DNA from: Azolla caroliniana | Lineage: Eukaryota > Plantae > Polypodiophyta | Length of the DNA: 64,000 bases | Reading direction: 5' to 3' | Assembly (NCBI GenBank): GCA_043228905.1 | Contig: JBHGNT010000013.1 | Span: 2,790,001 to 2,854,000 of the forward strand | Part shown: one piece after another, positions 11,946 to 24,200 of the stretch | Numbering within the stretch: position 1 is the stretch's first letter | Layout: each line of letters begins with the position of its first letter | Translations under genes and position numbers: made by a program | The notes under the pieces: model-generated | What the model saw: only the letters and a program-made list of their open reading frames with translations | The model's database searches: none | What the model was told of the DNA's origin: nothing

Positions 11946-12616
11946 TCACATCATTTGTGGCTATTTAATATAACGATATGTTTAATATAGGCATATGTGG
12001 TCACATATATACGTATTTGATCGTATATATGTGAAAAGTAAACATATGTGTATATTCGTTATTACGTGATTATGTCGAAAGTTGTCATGGTCGGGAAAAG
12101 GATGTTGGTGGCCGTCCTCACATTTTTGTGAGAATGGCGTTGTCACCATTCCTTTTTCAACAATTTTTTATTGTTGATAACCCCGTTGATGACCTCGATT
12201 TCGTTACGTAAAGAAACGCAATAGCCATAATGATGTTGAGTACGTAGGGCTTGACCCACTTCAAGTGAGGTCGCTCCAATGACGCACGTATCCAACATCC
12301 TTCCCTCGTCACATGGATACGATGCCACCATGAGCTCGTTCTTACGAGAGGCATTCGTAATGACGTGACCATGTGATGGCCCACGTGAGCCTACTACGAA
12401 ACGAGGGCTCATTTGGCTTCACCATTAGGTTGCACTTTGGCGTATGCCATCGTAATTACGAGACTTGAGGTTAGGTAACGTACCAACATAGTGTTGGTAA
12501 ATGAGGGCGAAATAAGGACCCTTGACATATATGTTCTTTTAAAAAAACGTATATGATCAATTGCCTCGCATATCTCTTATACGCATCAAACATTAAGCAT
12601 TCGAGAAGAGCAACTT

Positions 12617-12683
12617 ACTTGGTTGGCTCAAGTGTTTAATGTATTTGTTCTCGAGGTCTCGAGTTCAAATATGACCAAGACCA
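12617..12683 (+). other. tRNA-like remnant (Pol III A/B boxes)
   Basis: TGGCTCAAGTG (A box-like), GAGTTCAAAT (B box-like), CTTGGT/ACCAAG stem followed by ACCA; anticodon arm degenerate. Confidence 0.45.
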
Positions 12684-13118
12684 TACAACATCCTTGATAC
12701 ATATGACTATAACACATGTTTAGACTTAAGGTCTAAGTGCACCTCGGGGTCCTCGTAATAGGACTTAAAGAGCCGAAACCACTTATGTGGGCACCGAAAC
12801 ATAGTTTATTGTTAACATTTTTTTTCGTGTATAAACTATTCATGACGCGAACATACATGGTTGAGCCTCGGGGAGCCACCATGAAAAAATCGATATAGAG
12901 ATCAGGGAAAGACATTTATTTGTCACCCCCATGGTTTTTAAAACACCTTTGTGTTACCATAGTAACCTGATCTTGAACCTCATCTCATACGTCTAGAGGG
13001 GTATTGACGTGAGATAATGATATCGATTAATGCTCGCCCATGATATGTTTACATCACGACAACATGTTATGACTATATCTCTGACCTTATCCTATTTCTT
13101 TTCCAGAAATAATCTTTA

Positions 13119-16100
13119 ATGGCTCAAATTAACGACCCGATGTCATCCGCTCAAGCGGAAGGAACTCAAGGGAATCCTCCTGGACAAATGTCCACTGAGA
13201 TGTATTTGGCACAAATAACCCAATACCTTAGTTTCACCGCTCAACAGATGACCGAACTTCGGCAATCTCAGAGTGCTCTTGAGGCACGTGTCATTAGTCT
13301 ACAACGTGAGACTAATAGACCTGATGAGCGACAAGGTGAACCATCATTTGTCGTTAAGCCATTTACGGGAGACAAAAAGGAAAGAACCGAAGAAGCAATC
13401 TGCACATGGCTTGGACGATGGGAGTCTCATTTTGAGCTCTATCCCACGCCAGATAGTACGAAGATTGCATATGTCGGCCGAGAACTCGGGGGTAAGGCCG
13501 CCGCTTGGTGGCGTGGCCTCCGTACTATGGGGAAATTGCCCGATACCTGGACAGATTTTGTCACGGTTTTTAAGGGCCAATTTCTGCAACCTCCCTCTCG
13601 AACCGAGGCAGCACAAGCTTTAATGAACCTCTCTAGCAGGAAATTTTCCTCGCTAGAAGACTATGTTCACCATGCTAGAACCCAAATCCAAAAATCGGGT
13701 CTAGAAGGGGACAATTGGTTGATAGCTTGTTTTGTCAATGGCATCCCCAATTCGGACTATCACTGGATAGTGCACGATAAGGATCCAAAATCCTTCGAAG
13801 AGGCCGTTGAAATAGTTCTTCGCTATCAACGCACTTCGAAGAAGGACCATAACAAACCCAACGAAGTGCCCGGGACTAAGCAGTCGCAATTTGTTGGGAA
13901 ACGCAAGACACCCAACGAATTCCTGGATCGCGATTGTAAGCGACAACATCCTTTTTGTGTATTCTGCAAAAAGAAGGGTCATACAAAAGATCAATGTCGA
14001 AAGCTCCAACGGAAAGAGCACGACAACAAAGCTAAAGCTGTAGACCATAAAGGTCAGATTCCTAATGTCCTTCAGGTCTATACACACCATTTAAGTAATT
14101 GTCAATGTTCTTTTCCTCACTATGTATTGGGTCCCAATGATTTACTACGTGCAAACGGGTATATCAATGGATCTCCCGTACAATTTTTATTTGATTCGGG
14201 AAGCTCACACAATTTTGTGAATGATCGTTTGGTTCAGATATGGGGAATCCAACCCACCGTAAGTGATCACACCTACACGGTGCGCTTGGCTGATGGAAGA
14301 GTACAATACATCAACGGGGCGATTCATTCATTAGGAATTTCTATTGATACTTATATAGAGGAAGTAGACTTCCATGTAATGAATCTTTGTACCACCGATG
14401 TAATACTGGGTTATCCCTGGTTTTATAATAAAAACTCTTCTTTATTTATTGATTGGGTTCGACATTCCATTTCTTTTGTACTGAACGATTGTACGCATTT
14501 TATTCAATGTGTAAAAAAACAATCCCTCTCGATTGTTTCCTCGTGTCCATCAATATCCGAGTTGTCTTGTTCTACGTTATTTTATTGTGTACTTGATCCG
14601 GACATTCACGTTTACAATATCGATAATGTCCCGATTCAGTTAACATATTTTGAACAACAACAACTTGATGAAATCTTAAATGATTTTCATGATGTTTTTC
14701 CAAGTGAACTACCTGATGGGTTACCTCCTAAACGTAATATAGACCATCGTATAGATATTGTACCTGGTGTTGCACCAATAAGTATACCTCCGTATCGCTT
14801 AAGTCGATCCGAAGAAGATGAGGTATCTAAGCAACTCAAGGACTATTTACGAATGGGTTATATACGTTATAGTAAATCTCCATGGGGTGCACCAGTTCTC
14901 TTGGTTAAAAAGAAAGAGGGCACATGGCGTATGTGTATTAATTACCGACGCTTGAATAAAGTGACGATCAAGAATTCGTATCCATTGCCCCGGGCTGACG
15001 ATCTAATTGACCGTCTCCAGGGAGCTCGGTATTTTACGAAACTTGATCTCCGTACTGGCTACCATCAAATACGAATAAGTGAGGACGATGTTCCTAAAAC
15101 GGCATTTCGTACGCGCTATGGCCATTACGAGTTTTTGGTTATGCCTTTTGGTTTGACCAATGCTCCGGCTACTTTCCAACAAGAAATGAATGACATTTTC
15201 CGAGAACAACTTGGAAAATTTGTCGTTATTTTCTTGGATGATATTTTAGTTTATAGCCGTACATTACAAGAACATGCTAGACATGTCCGCTTTGTTTTAC
15301 AAACATTGCGTGACAAACAGTTTTATGCGAAGATCTCAAAATGTGAGTTCTTCAAGAAATCAATTACTTATCTAGGACATCTCATAACCGAACGAGGAGT
15401 TGAAATTGATCCTTCTCGCATTGAGAAAATCAAGCTTTGGCCCACTCTTCGGAATATTCGAGAAGTTCGATCATTCCTTGGTTTTGTGGGGTTTTTGCGA
15501 AAGTCTCTTCGTAATTACTCCCAATTGACGACGCCGTTTACTGATCTTTTAAAAGGTCAAACGCGTAAGTCTACAAAACCTATTGTGTGGAATGCTACAC
15601 TAGACCTTGCCTTTAAGGAACTCAAGGACTTGGTTTGCAAGGCTCCTTCACTTCTTTTACCCGATCCTTCAAAACCTTTTGAGGTTGAAACCGATGCCAG
15701 CGATTATGCTATAGGTGCTGTCTTGTATCAAGATGGTAAACCAATAGCATTCGAGAGTAAGAAACTTGATTCTGCTCAATGTCGGTATACCGTTCAAGAA
15801 AAGGAATTATTTGCAGTTATACATGCGCTCAAAACATGGCGCCATTATCTTTATGGAAATCACTTTGTGGTAACTACGGACCACGAGTCCTTGAAATATT
15901 TTTGTGACCAACAAGACCTGAAAGGTCGTAAGGCACGATGGGCTGATCTCATCCAGGACTTTGATTTTTCCATACGATATCGTAAAGGTTCCATGAACAT
16001 TGTCGCTGATGCACTAAGTCGCATCCGTGAAGTTAACACGCTTAGCTTCACTGAAATATCATCAGATCTTTATGATCACCTTCGAGGAAAGTATCCTGAT

Positions 16101-17552
16101 GACAGTTATTTCGCAAAATACTGGGCTAGAGTTGAGTCTGGAACAGACACCACCACATCCTTGAAGGAATACTTCCACATTGCTAACGGTTTGCTCTACC
16201 GTAATGGGAAGGTTTGTGTTCCAGATTTACCCGAGGTCAAAAAGAGGATTCTTTTTGAATGCCATGATGCACCCTCAGCAGGGCACCCTGGAATACATCG
16301 TACACTCGTTCTCATCTCCACTCAATTTTATTGGCCTAAGATGCGTCCTGACATACATAGCTATGTGACTAAATGTCACCAGTGTCAGGTTAACAAAGCC
16401 GAGCGACTTAAAGCCGCAGGACTTTTACATCCCTTGGACATTCCCAATAATAAGTGGGAAAGTATATCCATGGATTTTATTGTTAGCCTTCCTCGCACCC
16501 AAAAAGGTCATGATGCCATCTGGGTTGTCGTTGATCGACTAACTAAAATGGCCAGATTTATTGCTACTAAAACCACGGTAACAGCTCCTGAATTGGCTTA
16601 CCAATTCGTTGACGAATTGTTTCGTTTTTATGGGTTACCGATGGATATCGTGAGTGATCGAGATCCAAAGTTTACTAGTGACTTCTGGACACAAGTCTTT
16701 AAGAAGTTAGAAACTACGTTGAGCATGAGCTCCACGGATCATCCTCAATCCGATGGACAGACAGAACGAGTAAATCAAATTATTGAGGACATGCTTCGAG
16801 CATACGTTGGTGCAAAACCAACAAAATGGGAACGTTATCTCCCAATTTTGGAGTTTGCTTATAACAGCTCCAAGCATACGTCGACGGGATATAGTCCTTT
16901 TATGTTGATGTATGGTTTTCAGCCACGAGCCCCGATTGATGTTACTATACATCATGATGAGTTGCGAAGTACGCAAAACTTTCTTCGGGATATGCAAGAT
17001 ATGTTGCATATTGCACGAGATAATATAAAAACAGCTCAAGATAGAGCGCGTTTTTATGCCGATCATCATAGGCAACCTCGTGTATTCAACCCTGGACAGA
17101 AGGTATTTTTACGTGTACCTCACAATTCTAAGACATTGTCTACGGGTAAGTGCGCTAAGTTAGCCCCACGGTTTTGTGGACCTTTTACAGTCCTCAAACG
17201 CATTGGGTCATCAGCCTATCGTCTCGCTCTTCCCGATGGTGTCGGAATTCATCCAGTCTTTCATGTGAGTCGTCTAAAAGAACTTCTAGGTTCTGGCGAC
17301 AATACAGTTACGACTGAAACTCTGGTTACTTCTGAAGAATTATCTTCTAAACCACATGTACCAGAAAGAATTCTCGATGTTAAAACAAAAAAATTACGTA
17401 CTAAAGAAATCCGAGAATTCAAAATAAAATGGATGGATAAATCAATAAAAGATGCCACATGGGAACGCGAAAATACTCTTAGAACTAACTTCCCTAACTT
17501 TCCATTGCAAGAGTGCAATGTTTTAAAGAGGGGGAGTATGTTACGGGCATGA
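13119..17552 (+). CDS. Gag-Pol polyprotein (gag, zinc knuckle, PR, RT, RNase H, INT, chromodomain), 1477 aa
   Basis: [40 protein letters not shown] core, GPF motif, C-terminal ERILD...KW...ATWE chromodomain; runs through the PPT into the 3' LTR. Confidence 0.97.
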   Translation: MAQINDPMSSAQAEGTQGNPPGQMSTEMYLAQITQYLSFTAQQMTELRQSQSALEARVISLQRETNRPDERQGEPSFVVKPFTGDKKERTEEAICTWLGRWESHFELYPTPDSTKIAYVGRELGGKAAAWWRGLRTMGKLPDTWTDFVTVFKGQFLQPPSRTEAAQALMNLSSRKFSSLEDYVHHARTQIQKSGLEGDNWLIACFVNGIPNSDYHWIVHDKDPKSFEEAVEIVLRYQRTSKKDHNKPNEVPGTKQSQFVGKRKTPNEFLDRDCKRQHPFCVFCKKKGHTKDQCRKLQRKEHDNKAKAVDHKGQIPNVLQVYTHHLSNCQCSFPHYVLGPNDLLRANGYINGSPVQFLFDSGSSHNFVNDRLVQIWGIQPTVSDHTYTVRLADGRVQYINGAIHSLGISIDTYIEEVDFHVMNLCTTDVILGYPWFYNKNSSLFIDWVRHSISFVLNDCTHFIQCVKKQSLSIVSSCPSISELSCSTLFYCVLDPDIHVYNIDNVPIQLTYFEQQQLDEILNDFHDVFPSELPDGLPPKRNIDHRIDIVPGVAPISIPPYRLSRSEEDEVSKQLKDYLRMGYIRYSKSPWGAPVLLVKKKEGTWRMCINYRRLNKVTIKNSYPLPRADDLIDRLQGARYFTKLDLRTGYHQIRISEDDVPKTAFRTRYGHYEFLVMPFGLTNAPATFQQEMNDIFREQLGKFVVIFLDDILVYSRTLQEHARHVRFVLQTLRDKQFYAKISKCEFFKKSITYLGHLITERGVEIDPSRIEKIKLWPTLRNIREVRSFLGFVGFLRKSLRNYSQLTTPFTDLLKGQTRKSTKPIVWNATLDLAFKELKDLVCKAPSLLLPDPSKPFEVETDASDYAIGAVLYQDGKPIAFESKKLDSAQCRYTVQEKELFAVIHALKTWRHYLYGNHFVVTTDHESLKYFCDQQDLKGRKARWADLIQDFDFSIRYRKGSMNIVADALSRIREVNTLSFTEISSDLYDHLRGKYPDDSYFAKYWARVESGTDTTTSLKEYFHIANGLLYRNGKVCVPDLPEVKKRILFECHDAPSAGHPGIHRTLVLISTQFYWPKMRPDIHSYVTKCHQCQVNKAERLKAAGLLHPLDIPNNKWESISMDFIVSLPRTQKGHDAIWVVVDRLTKMARFIATKTTVTAPELAYQFVDELFRFYGLPMDIVSDRDPKFTSDFWTQVFKKLETTLSMSSTDHPQSDGQTERVNQIIEDMLRAYVGAKPTKWERYLPILEFAYNSSKHTSTGYSPFMLMYGFQPRAPIDVTIHHDELRSTQNFLRDMQDMLHIARDNIKTAQDRARFYADHHRQPRVFNPGQKVFLRVPHNSKTLSTGKCAKLAPRFCGPFTVLKRIGSSAYRLALPDGVGIHPVFHVSRLKELLGSGDNTVTTETLVTSEELSSKPHVPERILDVKTKKLRTKEIREFKIKWMDKSIKDATWERENTLRTNFPNFPLQECNVLKRGSMLRA
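17525..17536 (+). promoter_or_regulatory. Polypurine tract of the chromovirus
   Basis: AAAGAGGGGGAG, 2 nt before the 3' LTR. Confidence 0.92.
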
Positions 17553-17993
17553 CCATATAATATCCCGTGGTAAGAATTTACCGTAGTATTCTATACACGT
17601 GGATAAGTGTGAGGGTTAAATGAGAGTGTAAAGAAGGGGAGGATTACTTTTAATCCTCGGGATTGAGACAACCCATTAGGTCAAGTGTGAACTTGCCTGG
17701 GGGCCTTGGGTTTCGCTATAAATAAGAGGCCTAGCTACCCTCATTTGATGATCTTTTGACTACATCGAGACTCTGCTCGTGTGGTGGGTCAACTCTTGTA
17801 GCGAGCGCGCCAGCACCAGGTACGACTCGACGCCACGGCGGTGGTATGGGACGCCGATCGAGGCTCGAGTCCGTCTCGATCCCTTCGCTCGGGGGTGGTC
17901 GGGTGGATCGGCACCCTTCTTTCTCTTTCTCCTTTCTATCTATCTTTTCATTATCCTTATCTTAAGCTTACATTAGTACTATGATCTATAATA
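17539..17993 (+). repeat. Chromovirus 3' LTR (TG...TA)
   Basis: Direct repeat of 10977-11431. Confidence 0.96.
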
Positions 17994-19807
17994 GACTTGG
18001 TAGCCGATTGACTAGAGGAAATGGAGAGTTGACTGTGATAGTCGACTCTAGTGGATAGATGATATCCAAGTGAAAGACTAGGCCAACTAGTTGGGGCAGT
18101 CAGATGTTTGAAGGAGAAGTCAACAATGGGATTCGGCTAGTCGGATCGATTGGATGATCGACAATTGGAGTCGACTAGGTGAATCGACTAGACTTTCGAC
18201 TTGTGGGTCGGACAATCGAGTCAACCATTGACCGATTAATCATTATTATATAATAATAATAATGATTCCTTCTATATATATATGTGAAGCTAGGGCAAAC
18301 TATATTATATATATATATATAGTACAAAGGTTGTAGAGTATGTAGAGTGTGTGTTGTGTGTGAGAGTGCGTCTGCTATAAGAAGGAAGTACGAGTAAAAC
18401 AGAGTGAAGGAGTGTGACGTGAGAGAGTGTGCGTATAGGCATAGTCAGGTGAACTTGCCAAAACCCTACGATGGGGAATACTCTGTATAGCAAAGTCTTT
18501 GTAATCTATTTTTCCTCTTGTATCTCTTTGATATAGTGAAGTTTTGTTGCCTCGTGGTTTTTTTTCCATTTTAGAGTTTCCACGTAAAACGTGTGTATTG
18601 TGTATTTTGTGGTTTTATGTTTTGTACTTATTTTAGTATATCTTTCTCGTCCATCTATGGTTCATATCCCAACATGATCTTTCAAAATCGACTCAACCAA
18701 ATGCCAAGGGAACCGTGGTTTCGATGGACGGGACCTTATTCGATCGTGAACGAGTTCAATAGAACGTATTAGGTCAATACTTTAGCCGGTGACATAATGC
18801 CAAAGTGGGTAAACGGTTTTCGGGTCAAACTCTATTCGGGCCCACATCTCCGAACCCATTCATCGACAACACCCAGGAACATCGCCAATCAACAGACGTA
18901 GGTGAAATGGTTGGTAAAAACAACATGCCCACAATTAAGGTAGGAACACACCTACCTAACTTGTAAATTAGGTGTAATTATTGAAAAATGAAAGCCCCAC
19001 CAAGGATTATTTAAGTGCATGTGCATGCACAACACTCAAGGAAGCAAGTACGAGTTCCTTCCCGATGCGTGGCATTTATACAAAGTAATGTTGATAAACT
19101 TGAATCTAACTCATTAGATATAGCTAAAAATCCTAGTAGTAAAAGCATATCAAATATATTTGAAGTCTTAAATTAATTATATTAGGAGGTAAATGAATTA
19201 GTCTTGAATCTTACCAAAAGCAGAACCATTTTGTTGGCCAAGTCAAGATCCTTCAAGTTTGTTCTTGGCACTAATTCCAAATCATCCAAGAAAGCTAGAA
19301 AAGTTTTCTTAGATTAAGTAGAAATTCGTACATCTAGATCCCATTAAGTTCATGTTCTAGCTTTCTTAGATATTAGAATCAATTCCTTTTTCATTGGTAG
19401 AGATTTTCTTTGGTGTACCAAATATCCTTACATAAATTATTTTACTCTAGTGTTTTAAGTAGTCATCAATGGTTATCTTATTACTCCTAAAAATATAGTT
19501 TAAGACTTTGAGTTCATACGAGTAGTCTTAAATGACATTCCATGTGTAATGATGAATATTTAATATGATCAATGGCCTTGAACATCTTACTGTCCTTGGT
19601 TTGCGTTGGTTGAGCTACATAATCCAAAATTTGATTAGCAAGATCATGAAATTTAGAGAAGACAACCAAGTAATCAAGAATTCTATCTTTCTTACATTAT
19701 TAGGAGAGAGGATCAACCTCATAAAATTTTAATTATCTCATTGCAAGAGCTTGGCATAGAAAGACAAAAAAGGGTAATGTTTTTGTTTCTGATGATATTG
19801 AAGGCTT

Positions 19808-20336
19808 CTAATAACTCTTAAAGTATCTCATAGGTCTAACTTCCAAAGAAGTATGGAGAATGTTCTCTTCATCTACTACCAAAGGAGCCACATGGGGTCC
19901 AATATACAATTTGTTACCTTTTGAGCTAGAGGTACTACGAACAGACATTGATGAGAATCTAACAAGGAGTTTTATTCCACACACAAGATCCTTAATAGGT
20001 ACACCTATTTTCTTTGTCAAGAAAAAAGATGAATCTCTTCGATAAGTCATTTACTATCAAGGTTTTAATAAGGTTATCATACGCAATAGATATGTTCTAC
20101 TTTCGATCTCCAATTAGTAGAGCTAAGTATTTAATAAACCTTGTTCTGATTCATCTAGTTGATAAGTGGAAGATTGTTTTTCGTACTCAATATGGCTAAA
20201 AGAATCTCATCATCAAGTCATTGTAAATAGTGATCTCATCAAGAACCTTATGTATTTCTAGAATGTTAGAGTTCTAAATAGACGATAACCTCGTTGAGCA
20301 CAATTTCTCACTCATTTTGATTTCAAGATTACAAAT
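19808..20336 (+). pseudogene. Ancient gypsy RT/RNase H relic; resumes at 33506-33626 after insertion B2
   Basis: GPIYNL...ELEVLR...PIFFVKKKD; DFKIT|YQP..QQGKA reads across the B2 TSD. Confidence 0.7.
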
Positions 20337-20547
20337 TATAAAAGTTACGTGCGGAAGTGTAGACACAACTCGCTCAACCAGATAGCAACAGAAAAAACAA
20401 AAATGAAGGTTTAATGGAAGCTTGAGAATGCATAGTACGCAGGAGAGACAGAGAGAGTAGAATGCACACTCTATTTCAAAATAAACTCAATACTCTGTAC
20501 ATGCAATTGTGCTACAGAGCACATTGTATACAAGTCCTTGACAGAAG

Positions 20548-21174
20548 TGTTGAGAAATCGATGCGGAATAGATCACAATAGACGAACTACGCGTTGAAAT
20601 ACGAATCACAGAAATATGCCAAGAAAAGACAAGATGAACAATGGTGCACAGAGATTTACGTGGAAACCCTAAAACGGGGAAAACCACGGGTGAACAAAAT
20701 CTTCATTATACGAAGTGGATATACAACACTGAGAGGAATACAACACTTTGTCGAGTGTATCAACCGCACAGGGCTCTTCGCGTCTGCTGTTACTCACACA
20801 ACTATGGCGTGGCTCACACACACACACACTCTCTCTCTCGCTTTCTTTCCTGCACACTACAACTTTTGTACAACACTGTTCTATGCCTAAAAGTTTGCCC
20901 TAGTTGCATATATACTTATGCAACTTTCAGACTATTTACAAATATAGTCTCCCGAGTTGGCTATATACACGATTCCGGTTTCGGCCGAGTCCCTCATCAA
21001 CTCGGCTCCTCTCTCTCCCCATCCAGAGAGACCTGTTTCCTAACATCAGCATTATTATTACCATAATAATAATAGTCAAATTTTCAAACAATCGACTCCC
21101 TGTTTTCGACTCTTTGACTGCCGACTTTCCGACTAGTCGGATCATCCTACCACTGGAGGGACATATTCCCAACA
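20548..21174 (-). repeat. Solo copia-type LTR (627 bp)
   Basis: TGTTG...CAACA ends, perfect TSD AGAAG, inside the B2 3' LTR. Confidence 0.93.
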
Positions 21175-21203
21175 AGAAGTACTAACAAGTACTTTAATAC
21201 TCG

Positions 21204-24200
21204 TGTTACGAAGGCACTTCGACTCTTCAGTGTGCACAACGGATCGTGATGTGTTGGATCGTTCAGTGCTTCTACTTCATTATACGCAGAGCTCAACTCA
21301 CTCTCGTCTGTTTTCTGTTTTTCTGTTCTTACTCTCTACACTACTCTCACTCTTACTCTTACTTTTCTACTTACTACAACTTACTTTTTACCTAAGTACA
21401 TAAGTGACTTATATATGTAGCTAATTAGCTGCCAGTAGCTAAATAGCTGTCTGTAGCTAAATAGCTGTCAGTAGCTAATTAGATGTCAGTAGCTAAATAG
21501 TTGTGCATAGCTAAATAGATGTTTCACCTTTATGTCCACTAGTAGCTAATTAGCTAATAGCAACTATAGCTTATTTCTCAATAAGCATCACATACCTGTG
21601 TTGAGCTTGCTTCTCAACACTCCCCCTCAAGCTCGACTTATCCTTTGTTTGGATCATGTTCAATCTTCTTTTCGTCATGCTTTTCAACTACCATGCCAAT
21701 GGTTATAACTCCCATCATGTCTCTAAACTGTGTATGTTTTTCCATGCTCAATCCCTTCGTAAGAATATCAGCCACTTGCTGATTTGTACTTACATACAAC
21801 AAATCCACTCCTCCATCAATCACTTTTTCTCTAACAAAGTGATAATGCACTTCAATGTGCTTTGTTCTTGCATGGAACATTGGGTTTTTTGCCAGCTGAA
21901 TACTGCTCATATTGTCACACCAAATTGTGACAACACCATCTATATATTCTCCCAAATTAGAAAGCAATCTTCTGATCCATACCTCTTCACAGGTAGCTAT
22001 TGCAGCTCCTCTATACTCAACTTCAATACTTGACAATGCAACAATAGCTTGTTTATTGCTACTCCATGAAATAGCTACACTTCCCAATGTAAACATATAT
22101 CCACTTCTGGATCTTCTGTCAGTTTGGCTTCCAGCCCAATCAACATCTGTATATCCTTCCTGCTTTATGTCCAGATCAGCCTTGTAAAACAGTTCATAGT
22201 TCTGAGTAGCTTTTACATACCTCAGAATTCTTCTTATGTAGTCCAAATGTGGCTTTGTTGGTTGTTGCATAAACTGGCTGACTAATCCAACAACATAACT
22301 CAAATAAGGTCTTGTTATGGTCAAATATATGAGGGTGCCCACCATAGACCTGTACATGTTTACATCTTCTATTTTGGCTCCCAAATCAACCCCCAATTTG
22401 CAGTTCTTATCTAGTGGTATACCAATAGGTTTGCATCCAAGCATACCATACTTCTTCAACATAGTTGTTGCATACTGTTTTTGCAACATATATATACCAC
22501 TCTTAGATCTGATCATCTCAATGCCAAGAAAGTATCTCAACTCTCCAAAATCCTTCATCTAAAATTGCATTTCTAGATTTTTCTTCAACTTACTTATCTC
22601 TTCCATAGAATCACCTCCAATGATTAGATCATCAACATATATCAAGATCACAATGATGCACTCATTCATCCTTTTTACATACAATGAAGGATCAACCTTT
22701 GACATTTTGAAAGCAAATTTTTTCAGAGATTCTGAAAGTTCTTTATGCCATGCCCTTGGTGCTTGTTTCAATCCATAGAGAGTCCTTTTCAGCTTACAAA
22801 CATATTCTGGATGCTTCTTATCTTCAAAACCTGGTGGTTGACACATATACACTTCTTCTTCCAAGTTACCATGTAAAAAAAGATTTTTTACATCCATATG
22901 CTGCAGAACCCATCTTTTGGCTGCACTCACAACAAGTAGTGTTCTCAAGGTTGCCATCTTTGCAACCGGTGCAAATGTTTCATCATAATCAATTCCTTGC
23001 ATTTTGGCATATCCCTTTGCTACAAGTCTTACTTTATGTCTACTAACATTTCCATTTGAATCATGCTTTGTCTTGTAGATCCATTTGCAACCTACCGCAT
23101 TCTTTTCTTTTGGTAACTTTACCAAATCCCATTTTCTATTTTCAGCCAATGCATCAATTTCTTCTTGCATTGCATTCACCCCGTTTTTCTCAACTTTTGC
23201 TTCATCAAAGCTATTTGGATCAAGGACTTGTACCACTTTAGACATGTATGCCTAATGCATAGCCATATATGTTTCATAACCAAATCTTTCAACAATCTTT
23301 TTCTCTCCATCTAATCTTCTCAGTTTCTAATTTGCATCCTTCATTGGTTCTTCCATACGAGGGATTTTCAGGGATCATATACCAAGCTCATCATCCAATG
23401 ATGTATCTCAATCTACATCTTCCATGTTTCTAGACCCATCATCAAGCATTTCATATTCTGGCATCTTCCGTTTCCCCTTTTTATCATCATATTTTTTATA
23501 TCCTACATGTTTTCCACTCCATGCATTAGATTCAAATTTACTACTTGGGCTTCCAGATGGTCCAGTACATGCTATTGATGTTGAACCTTGTTGTCCAACA
23601 TTCTTTCCATCTCTGTTGTTATCTCTTACATTTTTAGATTTATCCCTGTCTTCATTTTCATTGACTTCATCAGTTTCTACATTTTGTTTTGGGCTGTACC
23701 AGCTGCCCAAATAATCAAATATTACATCCCGACTTACCACAATCTTTTTTGTCAAAGGGTTATAGCATCTATACCCTTTTTGCTCCTCTGAATAACCAAC
23801 AAAAATAAATTTTTCAGCTTTTGGATCAAGCTTACTTCTCACTTCAATAGGTACATGAACATAAGCAAGGCATCCAAACACTTTCAAGTGTCCTAAGCTA
23901 GGTTTCCTTCTATAGAAACATTCTTCAGGAATGTACTCTAGATGTTATACACCTATTTAGAATGTAGTTTGTTGTGTTTATAGCTTCTGCCCAGTAATAC
24001 AATGGCATATTTTTTCAGTCATCATGGCTCTTGCTATGTTCACCAAAGTTCTGTTTTTTCTCTCAGCAACTCCATTTTGCTGTGGAGTATATCTACATGT
24101 GAACTATCTCCTTATCCCTTGATTACATTGAAAATCAGAAAACTCATTTGAGAAGTATTCTCCTCCTCCATTAGATCTTAGGCATTTTATTCTAGTTCCA

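Larger units (their letters stand above)
11548..13106 (+). other. Putative 5'-UTR intron of the chromovirus
   Basis: Donor CG|GTAACT; branch point CTGAC 13081-13085, pyrimidine tract and TTTTCCAG| ending 12 nt before the gag ATG; acceptor clearer than donor. Confidence 0.5.
10977..17993 (+). mobile_element. Intact, very recent Ty3/gypsy chromovirus (7017 bp)
   Basis: Two 455-bp LTRs identical by eye, perfect TSD GACTT (10972-10976 and 17994-17998), PBS, PPT and an uninterrupted 1477-aa ORF. Confidence 0.97.
10873..18674 (+). repeat. Solo copia-type LTR (10873-10976 plus 17999-18674) split by the chromovirus
   Basis: TSD TGATA/TGATC; ends CCCAACA; GTCGAC-rich U3; resembles the reverse complement of 20548-21174 and 30120-30737. 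Confidence 0.8.
5962..18900 (+). mobile_element. Degenerate non-chromovirus Ty3/gypsy (Athila/Tat-like) pol: PR, RT, RNase H, INT; interrupted by four insertions
   Basis: FLDGFSGYNQI, FLDDF, FHVDH...ARW, WDLDFVGP; the reading frame resumes across the inserts at 8603, 9480 and 10873; WTGPY near 18725. Confidence 0.88.

Noticed and set aside
12143-12412. Antisense ORFs in the chromovirus leader as an accessory gene
   Set aside because: Short (75-89 aa), no motifs and no independent support
13321-13345. Hammerhead ribozyme core CTGATGAG
   Set aside because: Inside gag, with no flanking helices or correctly placed GAAA; other CTGATGA hits fail in the same way
18960-19800. Possible host gene or unique sequence
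   Set aside because: AT-rich, no ORF or exon pattern; probably ancient TE debris, could not be assigned
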